DNA of 64,000 nucleotides. It comes from Diadema antillarum. Lineage: Eukaryota. Under the pieces are notes generated by a model. That model was given only the letters and a program-made list of their open reading frames with translations, did no database searches and was not told the origin of the DNA. Of the stretch, positions 38,951 through 49,809 are shown piece by piece; position 1 is the stretch's first letter; every line of letters begins with the position of its first letter. The translations under genes were made by a program, and so were the position numbers. The stretch is from contig NW_027272894.1 of NCBI RefSeq assembly GCF_040938485.1, positions 248,001-312,000 on the forward strand, read 5' to 3'.

Positions 38951-40308
38951 CCTTTGACCTAAGTTTGTGTTTCCTGTTGTTTAGTTTTGCTTATTTTTTG
39001 TTTTATTTCTGAGAAATGAGTGTTCATTCATTAGTAATGCTTCTTGCTGCACGAGGTTGCCATGGATTATTCCCACTTTAAAGTATAACGGATACGAGAA
39101 CTTTTAGCCAAAAGTTCATTGAACTTTTGACCAAAATCTCATCACCACAATCTCATTATCATTTCACGTATTACACCTTGGTTGAGTATCAAATGAGAAT
39201 AACAAGAACAAAATACCAATTACAAAATTCCCCCCTAAAATCATGTTAACAAGGCCTGTAGTAAATACATGTAAATGGTGGATGGATGGATAAGTGGACA
39301 CGAGTGGACAACCAAAATATGCAGTCTTCCTCTAGCACCTGTCATGGACGGAAGGATGAAAATAAATAAATATGCATTCACAACAAAGAGGTGTAATTAT
39401 TATAACGGCATCGTATGAAAGAAATATAACACTTTCTTCCAGCATAATAGGTGTAGCATAGTTCCATCAGTCCTGCAAGCATTATAAATCATTCAGAGAG
39501 TAAACTAGTCATGCCTTGTAGAATATGGTTACTATGGCAACAGAACAGTTACACATTGACAATATCATGAATTTCAACATAAATATAAGTTTGCCCTCAG
39601 ATTTAAAAACAGAGCAACACATTTTGATGAATCAGATATCAATCCCCCTTCGGTAAGAATAAGCACTAGAGTGTCATAACTGCAAGACGAGTAGTCTGTA
39701 CTGTGCATATTTCCCATATATTTGTCTCTCGTTGAGTTAGCAATTTTATTTATTAAAAAAAAAGAAATGCTAAATTTATGACAAAGAATGCAAGAATCAT
39801 TATAACATCACAGTTCTTGATCGAGATCCAGCCCAATGTGGTGTGCACCGAACAAAACCATGCCAGATTGCCCAGCTCCTTTCTAGATGGGCTCCGTGGC
39901 CTTTCCATGAATGTGAGCTTTGATATGCTAATTAGCTCATGAATATGCACACATGTACTAGTATATGCATGAGGAAACCTAAAGTCCCATGATTTTACTA
40001 TTTTCTTAATTGCATTGTGTATATTTGTGAAGATTAATGCCACTTATAATCTAAAAATAATTTTTTAGCCATTCTTATGTTAGGTTAGACCCTTCCAATC
40101 AATAAAGAATGCCAAAAATGACTAAAACAAAATGATTACTGCAGTATATTTTGTACCCGCGAATAGAATTTTACTGATAAATATAATATGTCACATTTCA
40201 TAACACAAAGTTATTGAGTAATATCTTTAGATTTCTTTTGAGTTTCTCAAGCAGGGTGTATCTCTGAAGTCAGAGAAAACATCCATATTGTAATGGCAAA
40301 AACAGAAT
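38951..40308. repeat. ~1.4-kb diverged direct repeat, copy 2
   Basis: See copy 1; offset about 2.1 kb. Confidence 0.9.
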
Positions 40309-40840
40309 TTGACAACAAGGCAAAGCAAGACTTTCTTGCACCATGAAATTACAGCTAACACACAATATATGTGAATTGTCAATGGTGCTCAATGCACCAT
40401 AGCGCAGACAAGACCTGTCGTATGTATTTTGATGCTATACCAGTGGCAAGCAGTGGTGGTTCTTATCTTTATACCATACAGTGGGTACTGCATAATTATT
40501 CAATTGGTACAATTCTGTTAAGTTCTGGTTATTTTTTTTCACCTTTTTTTTTTTTTTTTTGCAACTGACAAATTGCCCTAAACATGAAAAAAGCAATGAA
40601 TTGATCAGTGTTTTAGTTGTAGCCATGACAAACTAAAACATTGATTAATTCAGTGTTTTTGTTTTGTTTTGTTTGGTTTTGGTTTTGTTTTTGTTGTTTT
40701 TTTAGTTGATATAGGCAATTTGTCAATCAGTTGCAATAAAATCAACAACTCAAGGGTAGAATTTCATCAATTTGAATAATTATGCAGTATCTGCTGCATG
40801 CTATAAAGATTAGAACCAGCACTGACTGTCCGACAAAAGC

Positions 40841-40930
40841 TCAGTGATCTAATTGATAAGACGCCTGTCCGGTGATTAGGAGGTCCTAGGTTTGAATCCT
40901 GCTGGAGTATGTATGCCCGTGATTTCTTTT
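40841..40930 (+). mobile_element. tRNA-derived SINE head inside a composite inverted repeat (about 40450-41015)
   Basis: TGATCTAATTGATAAG degenerate A box and GGTTTGAATCCT B box; flanks show inverted arms (GCAACTGACAAATTGCCCTA / TAGGGCAATGTGTCAATCAGTTGC). Confidence 0.55.
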
Positions 40931-41462
40931 TGTAATGACTATTACTAAGACACTGATCAATAAAGAGCTTATTAACATCGATTGGGATATAGGGCAATGT
41001 GTCAATCAGTTGCAAAAAGGTTTGCTTATCGTGACATCGGAGTTGTGCAATGGAACAAAATCCACGAGTCGATCATGAGTTTAATTATAGGAGTCAATGG
41101 AAATTGATGACGTTAGGGGACTCAAAACAGTCACGGCACAAAGCATTTACGCATGAATCTGGAGTGAGTCTGGCCAGAGTCTGGCGTGAATGTCGTGCTA
41201 GACAGCCTAGCACGAGTCTAGCACAACCTCGAGAGGTTGCGCTGTGTTCACGCCAAACGAAGGGCCTCTAAACGGTCTCGGCGTGAACAAGGCGGGGACA
41301 TACAAGACATACTTCCGGTGACCTGTGCTGTTTGTGGCGGAGTGCGCATATACGCGCACCAGAAACTGCCACCTCTCTGGAGGAGAAATGCTCGCCTACT
41401 GGTTTCCATAGAAACGCATGCCGACCTCACTCTAGATGATGAACAAAGAAATAGTACTAGTA

Positions 41463-41727
41463 NNNNNNNNNNNNNNNNNNNNNNNNNNNNNNNNNNNNNN
41501 NNNNNNNNNNNNNNNNNNNNNNNNNNNNNNNNNNNNNNNNNNNNNNNNNNNNNNNNNNNNNNNNNNNNNNNNNNNNNNNNNNNNNNNNNNNNNNNNNNNN
41601 NNNNNNNNNNNNNNNNNNNNNNNNNNNNNNNNNNNNNNNNNNNNNNNNNNNNNNNNNNNNNNNNNNNNNNNNNNNNNNNNNNNNNNNNNNNNNNNNNNNN
41701 NNNNNNNNNNNNNNNNNNNNNNNNNNN
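41463..41727. other. Assembly gap (N run) covering the last base and donor of ERGIC3 exon 6
   Basis: 265 N directly abutting GAG GTC AAC AA on the minus strand. Confidence 1.
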
Positions 41728-41892
41728 TTGTTGACCTCCAGGTATCCATACACCTCACACCCTTCCTCCTTCTGAAGTTGAATCTTCTGGGCAAAGCCCT
41801 CCCTCTTGCACTGCTCGATGCTCTCTGGATTGCTGAAGGCCCACCCCTTCCGCCTGTACGCCTCCTGTACCTCATCGCAGGTGTTGCAGCAT
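41727..41892 (-). CDS. ERGIC3: ERGIC3 exon 6 (166 nt, last base inferred)
   Basis: ttccAG| (K)CCNTCDEVQEAYRRKGWAFSNPESIEQCKREGFAQKIQLQKEEGCEVYGYLEVN(K); one more base gives phase 0, matching exon 7. Confidence 0.94.
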
Positions 41893-41947
41893 CTGGAATG
41901 TGAGAGGTGTATTGTAGTCATGGGCTGATACTGCCGATGGTATTTGT

Positions 41948-43019
41948 AACTAGAGAAGCACTCTGAGAGCGCAGACCTCCGCCAAGCATGCAGCTCATTT
42001 CCATCACTGATCTTGTTCTTCCATAGAGATATCAGTGATTTCCACCCATACGTACTTATACTTCATGCTTGAAGTGTTTATAATAGTGTGCTGAAAGTCT
42101 CCCAATTTCCCAATATAGAAGCCCTTGTTACGTCATAAGGGCTTTTTACACTTGTAAATTTTTGCTTAGTCCCGTACCAACGGTGGGGCTAAGGGGGGGC
42201 CTTAGCCCCACCGTTGGTACGGGACTATCCTTAGCCCACTTTCTGTTTACACTCGTTTTTGCCAAAGTGGGCTAGCCCCATCGATAGTCCGGTACTATCT
42301 GGCCCTGCAAAAATAGCAGGGTTAGCACCGCAATTGCGGTGCCAAGCAAGTGAGTGTAAACAGAACGAAAAAATAATCCGGGGCTAAGCGACGGACACGA
42401 AGTCCGACCCCCACTGACCAATCAGAAACGAGGTAATCAAGTGCTGCCGGTGCGTGTGTGTACGTGTACAGTGCACAGCGTAATCATGAATATTCATGTG
42501 GTTTGGAAAGTCCGGGGCTAAGAAATACGAGTGTAAAAAAGGTCAGTTTTCTCCTTACCCCCGGACAAGAGATAGTACAGGACTAATTGGCCAGTGTAAA
42601 AAGCTGAAAAAATTGGTACGGGTCTAACGATAGTCCTGGGTCAGAGAAAGTCCAAGGTTAAGAAACACAAGTGTAAAAAGGGCTATAAACCCTCAGCTGC
42701 ACAGCGCGCCTCGCCCGAGCAGAAACTAGAGCACGCACTTTAGTGTGCGCATGCAAACCTCAAATACACGCAGCCTGAACTCCCAAGTTCATTGACCCTA
42801 CCTGCCAAAATATCAAAAATCCTTCATAAATTCCCAAAAAAATTCTCGGATCACTACCAAAAGTTAATCGTTTGTTACTTCTAAACCTTTCCTGCAAGTT
42901 TCATCCAATTCCGTTCACTACTTTTTGAGTTATTTTGCACACGGACAAACGAACGAACGAACGAACAAACAAACCAACAGTAACGAAAACATAACCTCCT
43001 CCCTTGGCGGAGGTAATAA
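41948..43019 (-). mobile_element. DINE-1/Helentron-associated (HINE-like) element, interrupted by a Harbinger-like MITE
   Basis: Subterminal inverted repeats ACCTCCGCCAAG (41975-41986) / CTTGGCGGAGGT (43003-43014), internal (AACG)n/(AAAC)n tract, short terminal stem GCACTC..GAGAGCGC; relative at 62277-62712. Confidence 0.7.
42138..42684. mobile_element. PIF/Harbinger-like MITE nested in the HINE-like element
   Basis: TIR TTTTTACACTTGT / ACAAGTGTAAAAA; internal perfect 28-bp inverted repeat (42167-42194 / 42200-42227) and 18-bp palindrome GCACCGCAATTGCGGTGC. Confidence 0.75.
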
Positions 43020-43067
43020 ATAGCAGATAACCACCTATCTCTCATTACGCAAGTGATAAATAATATA

Positions 43068-43264
43068 TACAGTGTACTCCCATTATAATGAAGTCCTCAG
43101 GCCCAGCAGTTTTCTTTCATTATACAACCTGTATCGAAATTTCGTTATAACCAAACAAATAAACAATAAAAACATTGAGCAGATAATGCTGTAGCCTGAA
43201 TTTTTACCTCATTGTAACCAGAATTTTGTTATAACTGTGTTTGTTATGACGAGAGTACACTGTA
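43068..43264. mobile_element. Family K MITE copy 3
   Basis: TACAGTGTACTCCCATTATAA ... GAGAGTACACTGTA; same orientation as copy 1. Confidence 0.85.
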
Positions 43265-43798
43265 ATAGATATTTCACCGGCTCAAAGGTGAATTCACCCA
43301 AGAGGTATACTGGGCAAGAATGAAACTTGGTGGAGGGGAGGGAGGGGGGACATTTCATGAGAAATAGGTGTCGGAAGGATGTACTCTCAGGCAAAAGTGT
43401 GCAGCGCTCTTCTGTTTTTATTTCAATGTGGGGGATTTATCAGGATTACTGACAAGTAACTCAATAACTCTGGAGCCATCTTCCTAGTCAAGCTCTGCTT
43501 ATGAAGATGGTCCCAAGCATTTCCAATTCTATATGATATTGTGTATACATGTATATTTTTTACACCCAATTTGAACTGTTCCTTATTGTACTATTTACAA
43601 TCAATTTGACATTGATGCACATTTTTCCATACATACGTTTTCTTTATACGATTGTGTTCCACAATCTGTATAAATTCGTTGGAACAATTCATATGATTTA
43701 TGACATATCATCAAATTTTGTTATGCATTGTAATGAAAACAGAATACAGAAATAAACTGAACTAAACTGAACTGAACTTTCAAATGAACATCTCTTAA

Positions 43799-44569
43799 CC
43801 CTAACTTACCTGGGAGGGGGCCATAATGGCCTCCCCCTCGACAAATTCAGCGACCATTCCGGCGCGCAAAATTTTTTGACCGCGCCGCTCACTGACTTTT
43901 TACTTTCAAGTCTCACGCAACTTTTGAGACCAAATTTGTTGCGCCCGGGCATACCGTTCCAAAGCCACGCCCCTTCAAAAAATTTTCGTCCACCCAAAAA
44001 TTGCTCAAAAACGTGATTTTGTGTACAAAGTCAATACAAATTGTGTTTTTTCAATTAATTCACATAAAAATTCATATCTTTAATTCGAATAGCTGAAATC
44101 AATTTATTTTAGTATAATAATGCTTCATAAAATGTGTATGACAAATTCTGCTGAAAAAAACAACCAAAACAAAAGTTCGAAAAAACAACGGAATACATAA
44201 AAAATTGATAAAACAATAAAAAACATTAAAAATTTAATTTGATACTGAATTTTTTTTTAAGCACAAATGTTTGGAATGTCACTAGGAATATTCACACCAA
44301 AAATCAGCATTCCATAAGCTTGTATAAGCCAATTACAGACGGAAAATGAGGTTGTTTGCATACATTTGCATAATTAATTAATTTTGAATAGAAAATGCAA
44401 ATTTTTTAAAAATTTAACTTAACAGTCTTGTAGATTACATCTGGCTTTATGTTCAAGCAAAATTTTGTGGCGATCGCCCGATCAACGGCCGAGATCTGAA
44501 GGGGGGGCCATAATGCCCCCCCCCCCCCCCAGGAATTCAAGCTCGCTAAATAGCCCAGGTAAGTTAGGG
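43799..44569. mobile_element. piggyBac-type non-autonomous element, copy 2 (771 bp, inverted relative to copy 1)
   Basis: TTAA|CCCTAACTTACCTGGG ... CCCAGGTAAGTTAGGG|TTAA; internal sequence is the reverse complement of 33244-34014 (e.g. TTTATGTGAATTAATTGAAAAAACACAATTTG shared exactly). Confidence 0.9.
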
Positions 44570-44845
44570 TTAAGGCACAGTATATTTACATACTATTACT
44601 AAATATATCTATACTATTACCCCTAGTATTTACCCTGGTATCACTGCGGACCAGTCGAGGACGAGATATATATAACAAAGTACCAACCTCTACCACTGTC
44701 ATCCTCTCTCTACCATCCTCCCTTTCCCTCTTCCCCTCCAATGCAATCCCCCCCCCCCCCCCCTCCCACCAATCCCTCCTTTCCATACGCCACAATTTTG
44801 CTCCTTCAAGCTCATTTTCAAAAGCATTTAATTCACGGCTCTCAC

Positions 44846-44934
44846 TTCAATCCCGGGGTCTCAGCGCCGTAACAACTCTCGCACCGGTCTGGATCCAGAT
44901 CTGGCTTGGTCACAACTTCTTCCTTCTGTTTCTC
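44846..44934 (-). CDS. ERGIC3: ERGIC3 exon 5 (89 nt)
   Basis: atttAG| EKQKEEVVTKPDLDPDRCESCYGAETPGL(K) |GTGAGA; RCESCYGAE is diagnostic. An in-frame alternative acceptor 9 nt inside is possible. Confidence 0.93.
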
Positions 44935-45538
44935 CTAAATACAAGATTGTTTACAAAAAGTATGCTCAACAAATGGCAGGGCATTAAAAGGACATTTCAA
45001 TTCATAAATAATGGGAACTTTAACAAAATTGCAATTTCTTTGACATACTTCCTTTTCCACCTTCCACCTCCCCCTTCACATTTGCATCCCCCATCCGATA
45101 TTAAGATTATTGTTTGTATGAAGCTAGAAATAAGAACTTTATTTCATTCACAGTAGGTTAATGGACACTTTGAGGTGTTTGCCCATTATATGCAAAAGTT
45201 AGATCAAACCAGGGAGGTGGAACCTCTCCCTGATCAAACCAAGAGCTCTGAGTACAAGTTTTATAGGCTTGTTCTACATTTGCCCAAGATTTACACCACT
45301 AACTATAGGTCACACTCAATTCAGACTTATTCAAGGCAAGGATTTACCTAAACCCTCCTTTCTTTCATTTTCCTGAAACCCCTACAGGGTATAGGTGTAG
45401 GCACCAACTTGAATTAACTTGGATCAAACACAAAACAGAGAGGTTCAGCAGACCTGGCCACTTAAAATCTAAGGGTTTTTCTTTGCGTGTTTTTGTTGTT
45501 GTTTTTTTTTAAACAGTATTATCATCTTCAGCTGTTAC

Positions 45539-45678
45539 CTCCTCTGTATTCTTCCCAATATCTTCCTTCTCCCCTTCACTTATCGCCTTCCCCGCCTTGT
45601 CCAGTCTCTTCTTGAACATGTTGTGATCCACATCCAGCTGCTGCTCTCCAGATATGTCCATCGCATCGATACTCAGGT
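45539..45678 (-). CDS. ERGIC3: ERGIC3 exon 4 (140 nt)
   Basis: tttcAG| (Y)LSIDAMDISGEQQLDVDHNMFKKRLDKAGKAISEGEKEDIGKNTEE |GTAACA; donor chosen for phase-0 compatibility with exon 5. Confidence 0.88.
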
Positions 45679-46077
45679 CTGAAACATTCCAGTGGATCAG
45701 AAGACAGTAGCAAATTGAAAAGGAGGGGGTAGGGGTAGGGGGCAAGATCTCTTGAAGAGAGGTTCCTTGTAGAATTAAATGACAACTCATTGTGTGACAA
45801 TAATCAAAACACCCATCACTCATGGAATTATTGAGTATTGGCGTAAATTTGTTGTTCATAAAGTGCAAGCATATCACAACAAACTTCAAAATTCTGATTA
45901 TTCAGATGAACTATTGGTCCCAAAGTTGTAACCTTTTTATGTGAGCATTCATTTCCTATGTAATTTTGATGAAACTTCTGGTACTCTGTTCACCCAAATA
46001 TTCTGTACTTGTTTGGGTAAACTTGAGCATGGTTTGAAAATAAGGTCATTTATTATCAGTAACATTGCGTAACTTAC

Positions 46078-46165
46078 AGGCACATGGCATTTTCGGGAAA
46101 ACAATCTCCATGTTGATTCTTAACTTCTCTCCTCTCGTTGCATCCACATACAGCTCCGGAATAAC
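46078..46165 (-). CDS. ERGIC3: ERGIC3 exon 3 (88 nt)
   Basis: ccttAG| VIPELYVDATRGEKLRINMEIVFPKMPCA(Y) |GTAAGT. Confidence 0.96.
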
Positions 46166-47272
46166 CTAAGGAAATAAAAAGTAGACATCACAGTCGACTT
46201 GATTGTGTTTTTTTTTTCTTTATGTCAACTTATTCTGATGGGAAGACGCAGCATGTAAAGTTCAGGGTTAGGTTGTTCAAAAAATCTCACCACTGAGTTA
46301 AAGTTTGACAACATATAAGGAGAACTGATAAAGTCATTCCACAAAACTTTCCACTATAATGCAAAGTTCAACTAATGACCTGCACAGCTATAAAGAACAC
46401 ATTCTTGTTGTTGTATTGTGGTTGTTATTCTTAGTTTGTGGATGGATGTATTGCTTTTGGTCTCTTTATTTTACACTGACAGAATCAATGCATAGTATAC
46501 ACACTACACCAGCCATTTTAGATTGCGACAACTGTCAGCATTACTGCAGATCCGAGGCTGGTCTAAGTGTGTAGACGAGAGCCTGTTTGAGGTAGACCTC
46601 AAAGGCAAGACAGTTATCTTCAGTAACGGGGGACAGCTACATACACGTCATGGTGAAATAGGTTTCACATTATGGTGTTGCTGCATTGTTATAAGTATCT
46701 CTAATGGGCAAGTTTACCTTGATATACATGAGGATAGAGTGAATGTCAGCAATATCAGAAGAACACATCAGTGAAAACATGAGGAAAATCAGACAATCTG
46801 CTCAATGGTTGTGAATTTTAAAGTTTCTGCGCAGTCACTTCTGAATTAGAAGACTACCACAGTTTATGATGTTACATGCTTACAACAATATTTAGTAAGG
46901 AAAACATAAAGAGAATTTCACAGTTTTTTTTTAAAAAGGATCCATTCCCTCGACTTGTTATTGATGTATATTTAGGGTACTGATATTCCCCCTACCTTCT
47001 GTAAGAGGCAAGTCAAGTGCTCTCTTATTACGTGAGAAAAATGAAAATATGTTTAATTTTCTTCGTTCTGTTCTACGCACGTGATACCACAAGATGTAGT
47101 CGTCTTTTCATCCAGCGATGGCGGCACTGAAACTTCAAAAATTCATAACTTATGAACGGATTGTCCGATTTTCCTCAAAATTTTCACTGACCTAGTGATA
47201 GGTTCTACAAAAATTGCTGCATTGTCTCAATCCTTAATATAATGTATATTAAGGTGAGCTTGTCCTTTAAAA

Positions 47273-47382
47273 ATAAAGTGCCTTGCCCATAGGCCATGGG
47301 AACAACTGTTGCTGCACGGAGAATTGAGCCAGGGACCTAAGGATTGATGGTTTGCGGTCTTAATAGCCAATGAGCCACAACA
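47273..47382 (-). mobile_element. tRNA-derived SINE fragment
   Basis: Minus strand TGGCTCATTGGCTATTAAG (A box-like), GGTCCCTGGCTCAATTC (B box-like), then ATGGGCAAGGCACTTTA, a body motif common in deuterostome SINEs. Confidence 0.5.
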
Positions 47383-47532
47383 ATTCCTTGGGCCATTAGT
47401 CACGACAGTAAGACACAAATTTATCTTTTCAGATGTATACACCTCAGGCAACTTTACAACATTTCACCAGATCATTTTTGCATTCGGCATAAATTTCACA
47501 GAGTGAAAAACTTGTCAGACATAATACCTCAC

Positions 47533-47603
47533 CTCTTTCGTCAAGTAGAAATTCAGTTCTGACACAAATAGTGTTACCATGAGAATGCTGCTGACTATAG
47601 TCA
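47533..47603 (-). CDS. ERGIC3: ERGIC3 exon 2 (71 nt), first transmembrane helix
   Basis: ccacAG| (V)TIVSSILMVTLFVSELNFYLTKE |GTGAGG. Confidence 0.95.
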
Positions 47604-48513
47604 CTGTGGAAGAGAAAATTGTAGAAATATGAGCAACTCAGTCACTATATTACTAACATAGGTGTCACAGATTATGTTTACACACTCTAGCTTAACAACA
47701 TATTGTACACACATGACATTATTATGGTGCAAAATGAATGAATGACTTGCCTTGCAAGACACAGATGCATAAAGGAATTTGACAGGTCTTGGATGGTACA
47801 TAGTAAACGTTCCAGTCAATACCTGAGAAGTGTGTAGACGTCAGCAATGCCAAGTCTCACTAACTTATGGCGAGACTCACACATCACATTTCAGACATTT
47901 TCAAGTTCTCAAGTTGATCTGAAATACAATAGTCCAGGAGGGAAAAAATGCATGATAATATAGTAAACAGATCTACTCAGGATTAATACTTAGGCTTTAC
48001 TCAGGATCCCATCCAGACATCGCTGTGCAGCATCGTCGTCCAGAGATGGTACTGCTACTGTGTGATGTGGCTAGGGTATACTTAAGAATCAGACCCTGAC
48101 GATTTTGTGCTTACAACCCTGTAAAATTTTCAAAATGTGTACCTTTCTGAGTGACTCAGTTCCTTAAAACTTTGTTTGGAAAATTGTTAGGTTCTACATA
48201 AGGTTTAGATAAAATGAATCTTAGTTACTTAAGACAAGAAAGAGTCTTCAAGTGAATGCAAAAATACTCCCTAATATAACGCATCTAATTGCACCTTATC
48301 ATGCTTATATGATGAGAAGAAACAATGATTGAAGCACCCTATTATAGCTATTTTGGTTGCTGTTTTATTGATCTTGATCTTGATGGTGTACGTTGATCAG
48401 CCCTGGTAGAGCAACACTCAACTTATTATACCCACAACTTATTATACCCACAAGAATGTGAAGCTTTACATGTATATATACTGTGTAACTTATTTCTCCT
48501 CTATCATCTATAT

Positions 48514-49143
48514 GGGTGCATTCGAGCACTCTCCTAAAGCGAACTGTACCGTACCATACCCGTGCCAGAGGAGCGCTTGAATGCTCCTAAAGTGTACCGT
48601 ATCATGCTGCACCAAGCCAAAAGTGGACCACTTCCCGATGTGCTCCAAAAGGGTACCAAAAGCATACCAAAAGTTTGCATGTGAGAATGCATGTATAACG
48701 TATACTGTAACAGTGGATATTTTTGCGCGACTAATTTTTCGCGCTTGGCCGGGCAAGCAGAGTTTCGCGCGTTTCTAATTCCGCGAAATCAAGACATCAC
48801 GCACAGGAACATATGGCAAGCAAAAATATTCGTGTGCTTTTATTTTCGCGCTAGTTTCTGGTTGCGCGAAATGCGCGAAAATTTTAACACCGCGAAAATT
48901 TTCACTTTTACTGTACGTCATAATGCAAAGAGCCTATTCTCTTTGTTCGGGACATCTGTAACTAAAGTAGGTTCAAGCGCGCAAGGTGATGACCCTCTTG
49001 CAACAAAATGCGCGACCTCTTCAAAAATTCATGAGGTACACTTTCTCAACAGAGTGCTTGAATGCTCCAAACCTGGCACAGTTCAGTACGGTACGTTTTC
49101 GTTCCATTTGCTTTGGTTCTCCTTAGAGTGATCAAACACACCC
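48514..49143. mobile_element. Older Harbinger-like MITE carrying a nested family A MITE
   Basis: Degenerate TIRs GGGTGCATTCGAGCACTCT / AGAGTGATCAAACACACCC, both flanked by TAT; subterminal GTACCGTAC / GTACGGTAC. Confidence 0.55.
48703..48915. mobile_element. Tc1/mariner-type MITE, family A copy 2
   Basis: Reverse complement of 4375-4588 with high similarity. Confidence 0.85.
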
Positions 49144-49712
49144 TATTAATACGGCTCGACAAATTTGACACTCGTGACAGCTGGCCAACTAGACAGAAAA
49201 ATCAGTCTGTTTATCCGAGTTTTTTATCCTTTTTTGTTTTTTGTTTTTTACATTTACACGTAGGAGGGGATTCCGTGATGCCAGACCTGCACATAATCTC
49301 TCAAAATATCCGCGACGAAAGGATACACTCTTTCGGTCGACAGGCCAACTGAAATATGATGATCATGACTGAACTTGAATTTTACCGATAGTAATCACTC
49401 TGTTAAGAACAAAGAAAATGGGTGAAAACAATATCAAAAAAGAATCCTGTTTGTCACTAGCTGTTCAGCGCATACTTTGTATAGTCTCCTTTGAATATTT
49501 CACACAAGTGCTAGATTTTTTTACTGAATTAGGCCTACCCATGTCAAAGTTCCAAAAGAATCGAGAGGGACAAACGGCACGTTACAGACGGTCCCACATA
49601 TTCACATTCCTGTCAGGGAGGGAATAGCTGCCTTATTGTAACTCATTTAATCCTCTCATAATGGCCTAAATACTGTATTCAGTTTAAAGGTAAAATAAAT
49701 TAGAGGACATAC

Positions 49713-49809
49713 CTGCTGCTCCTCCGAATGTCTTCACTCTGAAATCTTCTAGAGTTTTAGGATAGGCATCAAACTGCCTTAAACGGGTCCAAATATCTTG
49801 AGTAGCCAT
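49713..49809 (-). CDS. ERGIC3: ERGIC3 exon 1 coding part (97 nt)
   Basis: ATG at 49809: MATQDIWTRLRQFDAYPKTLEDFRVKTFGGAA(V) |GTATGT; FDAYPKTLEDFRVKT is diagnostic. The 11 exons sum to 1182 nt (393 aa + stop). Confidence 0.97.

Noticed and set aside
45509-45538. Read-through of ERGIC3 exon 4 (VTAEDDNTV*) or an alternative donor ACT|GTTTAA
   Set aside because: Donor is far weaker than GAG|GTAACA, and read-through gives a premature stop; cannot be supported without RNA data.
46523-46774. 83-aa plus-strand ORF in ERGIC3 intron 2
   Set aside because: No recognisable family, and its end runs into a Kolobok-like repeat.
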